Source of the DNA: Takakia lepidozioides
Lineage: Eukaryota; Plantae; Bryophyta
Assembly (NCBI GenBank): GCA_030704615.1
Contig: CM060731.1
Span: forward strand, 48,422,001 to 48,486,000
DNA: 64,000 nucleotides
Direction of reading: 5' to 3'
In this document: positions 61,594-64,000 of the stretch, piece by piece
Layout: every line of letters begins with the position of its first letter
Position numbering within the stretch: position 1 is the stretch's first letter
Position numbers and translations under genes: made by a program
The notes under the pieces: generated by a model
Databases searched by the model: none
The model's input: the letters and a program-made list of their open reading frames with translations, nothing else
Told to the model about the DNA's origin: nothing

Positions 61594-61957
61594 TGTTGGA
61601 AAACCACTGGCGTGTGGTCGGGCTAGGGATTGAACCTAGGACCTCCCCCATTCCGGTGGGGTGCTCTACCACTGAACTACCCGTCCCGTTCTGTTCTCAA
61701 AGTGTCGTGCAAGGGCTATAACCTTGACACTCCAACACTCCCCCTCAAGGCATAGCCCTTATAGCTAATGCCCACCCGTTCTGACCACCGCCCCAACCTT
61801 GGCTCTGATACCATGTTGGAAAACCACTGGCGTGTGGTCGGGCTAGGGATTGAACCTAGGACCTCCCCCATTCCGGTGGGGTGCTTTTTTACTGAGCTAC
61901 CCGTCCCGTTCTGTTCTCAAAGTGTCGTGCAAGGGCTATAACCTTGACACTCCAACA
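61594..61957 (-). mobile_element. TRIM with tRNA-containing LTRs (Helenus-like): LTR 61814-61957, PBS, 76-bp internal region, PPT, LTR 61594-61737
   Basis: Two 144-bp TGTTGGA...TCCAACA repeats, 139/144 identical. tRNA-iMet PBS TGGTATCAGAGCC directly follows the 5' LTR. PPT GAGGGGGAG precedes the 3' LTR. Confidence 0.92.
61615..61686 (-). tRNA. tRNA-derived cloverleaf inside the LTR (pseudo-tRNA, identity unassignable); second copy at 61835-61906
   Basis: GGACGGG-TA-GTTC-AGTGGTA-GAGC-A-CCCCA-CCGGAAT-GGGGG-AGGTC-CTAGG-TTCAATC-CCTAG-CCCGACC-A. Pol III A and B boxes are intact; there is one mismatch each in the acceptor and anticodon stems. Confidence 0.75.
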
Positions 61958-61977
61958 CTCCCCCTTGGTATCAGAGC

Positions 61978-64000
61978 AACAAGCATCCACGTTTCATTTT
62001 TGTGTAACGAGTCAATTTCTTCCTTCATTGCTAGCTCCCACTTAGCTCGATCAGGAGACATCATCGCCTCCTCATACCGTTTTGGCTCCTCTGGTAATGG
62101 TATGTATTCAGTTATTCCAGCAAACGTAGGGTAATTACTCTCCCACTCGCCGAATGTCTGTGGTGGCCGTCGAGATCGACGTACTTCTGTTCCCTGACTT
62201 TGCAAGCTTGGTGCAACCCGCTCAGGCCCTGTGTTTGCTGCATAAATTTCGCCTTCATCCATGGCAATAGGTAGATCCACTACTAGTTGAAGCTCAGGAT
62301 GCTCATTATGTTGGTCAATCGTATTCCCCTCATAATTTTGTACTTCTGGAGCCATTTTGTCTCCCACTCCCTCAAGTACCATAGTGCATGTGTTAGGTCT
62401 GCTCATCATTTCTTCGATGGGTGAAGAATTACGGTTACCCTTCTCATCTACTAACACATCACGGCTGATGACTATGTGCTGCTGCTCAATATCCCATAGC
62501 CGATACGCCTTAGATTCCACACTGTAACCAAGAAATATGCACTTTTTGCTCTTGGCATCCAATTTTTTTCTCAACTCTTTGGGTACATGTGAATATGCCA
62601 TGCTACCAAACACTCGTAGATGGCTGATGTCAGGTTTCTTCCCATTCCAGGCCTCCAAAGGTGTTTTCCCATTCAACACCCTGGTTCCCGTTCGATTTAG
62701 GGTGTATGCAGCTGTAGTGGCAGCTTCTGCCCATAAATTAGGACTGAGACCTTTTGCTTGCAGCATACATCTAACTCTTTCAAGCAGAGTCCTATTGTCC
62801 CTTTCGATGACACCATTTTGCTCTGGGGAATATGGCACTGTAAGTTCCTGCCGAATTCCATTTTCTTCAAGGAAAGTCTTAAATTTTGCGCTCAAGAATT
62901 CTCCTCTTCTGTCGCTTCTAAGCTTTCTCACTGCATGTCCTGTCTCTATCTCTGATTCCACACACAGCTGCTTGAGAACTTCTCCTTTTGTTTTCATGCA
63001 ATACAAGATCCTATAGCTGCTATAATCATCTTTAAACATGACAAAATGTTTGGAACCTCCATGCAAGTCTACATTCATTGTACACACATCAGCATGGTAG
63101 AACTCTCCAGGAGTCTGAACCCTCTCACGTTCTTCATTTACTGGAAACGCAACTCTGTGATTCTTGCCCATAGCACAACCTTCACAGAACTCCAGATCTG
63201 CATTAGGGTTCAGTATTTTCATACCATCGACGATTTGTGTTTTCTCCATTTGTTTAATCATGTCGACACTAATGTGTCCAAGTCGATCATGCCACGTTTG
63301 AAGACTTGCTCCCCCAATTGTCACTGCCCACATTTGCTTGAATATTATCCGTCGACAATACCATGTTTGCTTGCAGAGATTCTCCCGTAATCACTTTGAT
63401 TTGCAGTTTCCAAAGGTTTCCCTCTCTCACTCCAGTCATCATAAGAGGTCCCCTTCCCTGATTTGCATACAGCTTACAAGTACGCTTATCATAGATGACG
63501 ATGTAATCTCTGTCTACAGCCTTCGCTACTGAGAACAGATTCTTTCTGAGGTCAGGTACAAACAACACGTTGTGTATTGTTCCCTTTTTCCACTCACTTC
63601 CTGCTAGGGTTAGGATATCTATATCCCCTATTCCACTTGCCCATACTGTAACATCAGTGGCAACTTGTACTCCCCAACGATGAGATTCAATCTTCTTAAG
63701 ATTTTTGAACCATTGCATCTTGTTGGTCATGTGCTCAGATGCAGCACTGTCCGAGTACCAGGATATATCGTCTTCATCGCAAACTTTCTCTCCAATTGAC
63801 GTGTTGTTGTACACTGCTGCATTAGCATTGCTAATATGTACAATCTTTACCAGATCATTGACAATGTTCTGATCAGTGTTTCTTCGTTGTATCACTGAGC
63901 CATCATCGACACGCTCTCTTTCTTCATGATGAAATGCAGTGGCAACATAGGCATCACTCATCTTAATGGATTCCACCATGTTACCAGCGATACTCTTCGT
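61978..64000 (-). mobile_element. Ty1/copia internal region (PR, GAG-pre-integrase, integrase), truncated at the start of RT; continues beyond the window
   Basis: PR WYSDSAASEHMT; WHDRLGH...CEGC..GK; HADVC; LRSD..GEF; PEQNGVIER.NRTL; LRVFGS.AY.HVPK..R.KLD; EP..YEEA...W..AM.EEI.SL..N.TW. Frameshift near 63300. Confidence 0.93.

Noticed and set aside
61615-61906. Two functional tRNA genes
   Set aside because: Stem mismatches, no U33, and both are embedded in LTRs.

Overview
Eukaryotic nuclear DNA from a land plant, most likely a bryophyte (inferred from a moss-like intronless PAL and long PLS-DYW PPR genes). Host genes, left to right: a probable first exon running off the left edge; a head-to-head pair of paralogous PLS-class PPR genes (one intact DYW editing factor, one with an expanded repeat tract and a wrecked DYW domain); SRP receptor beta; an XTH; Bax inhibitor-1; a frameshifted GH17 beta-1,3-glucanase; and PAL. 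The centre (~27.2-47.5 kb) is a decayed Ty3/gypsy element. Its polyprotein carries a complete DNMT3-like C5-cytosine methyltransferase in frame between protease and reverse transcriptase, plus a PHD finger after the integrase. It is preceded by a hairpin-rich leader, a chimeric string of three processed host mRNAs (PsaG, RPL18a, OEP16) and an orphan 247-aa ORF. It is split by a 9-kb P-element-like DNA transposon with TIRs and an 8-bp TSD. At the right end, a TRIM whose 144-bp LTRs each contain a tRNA cloverleaf is joined through an unusual tRNA-primer/PPT junction to a truncated Ty1/copia gag-pol region. No database searches were run; family assignments rest on motif recognition.
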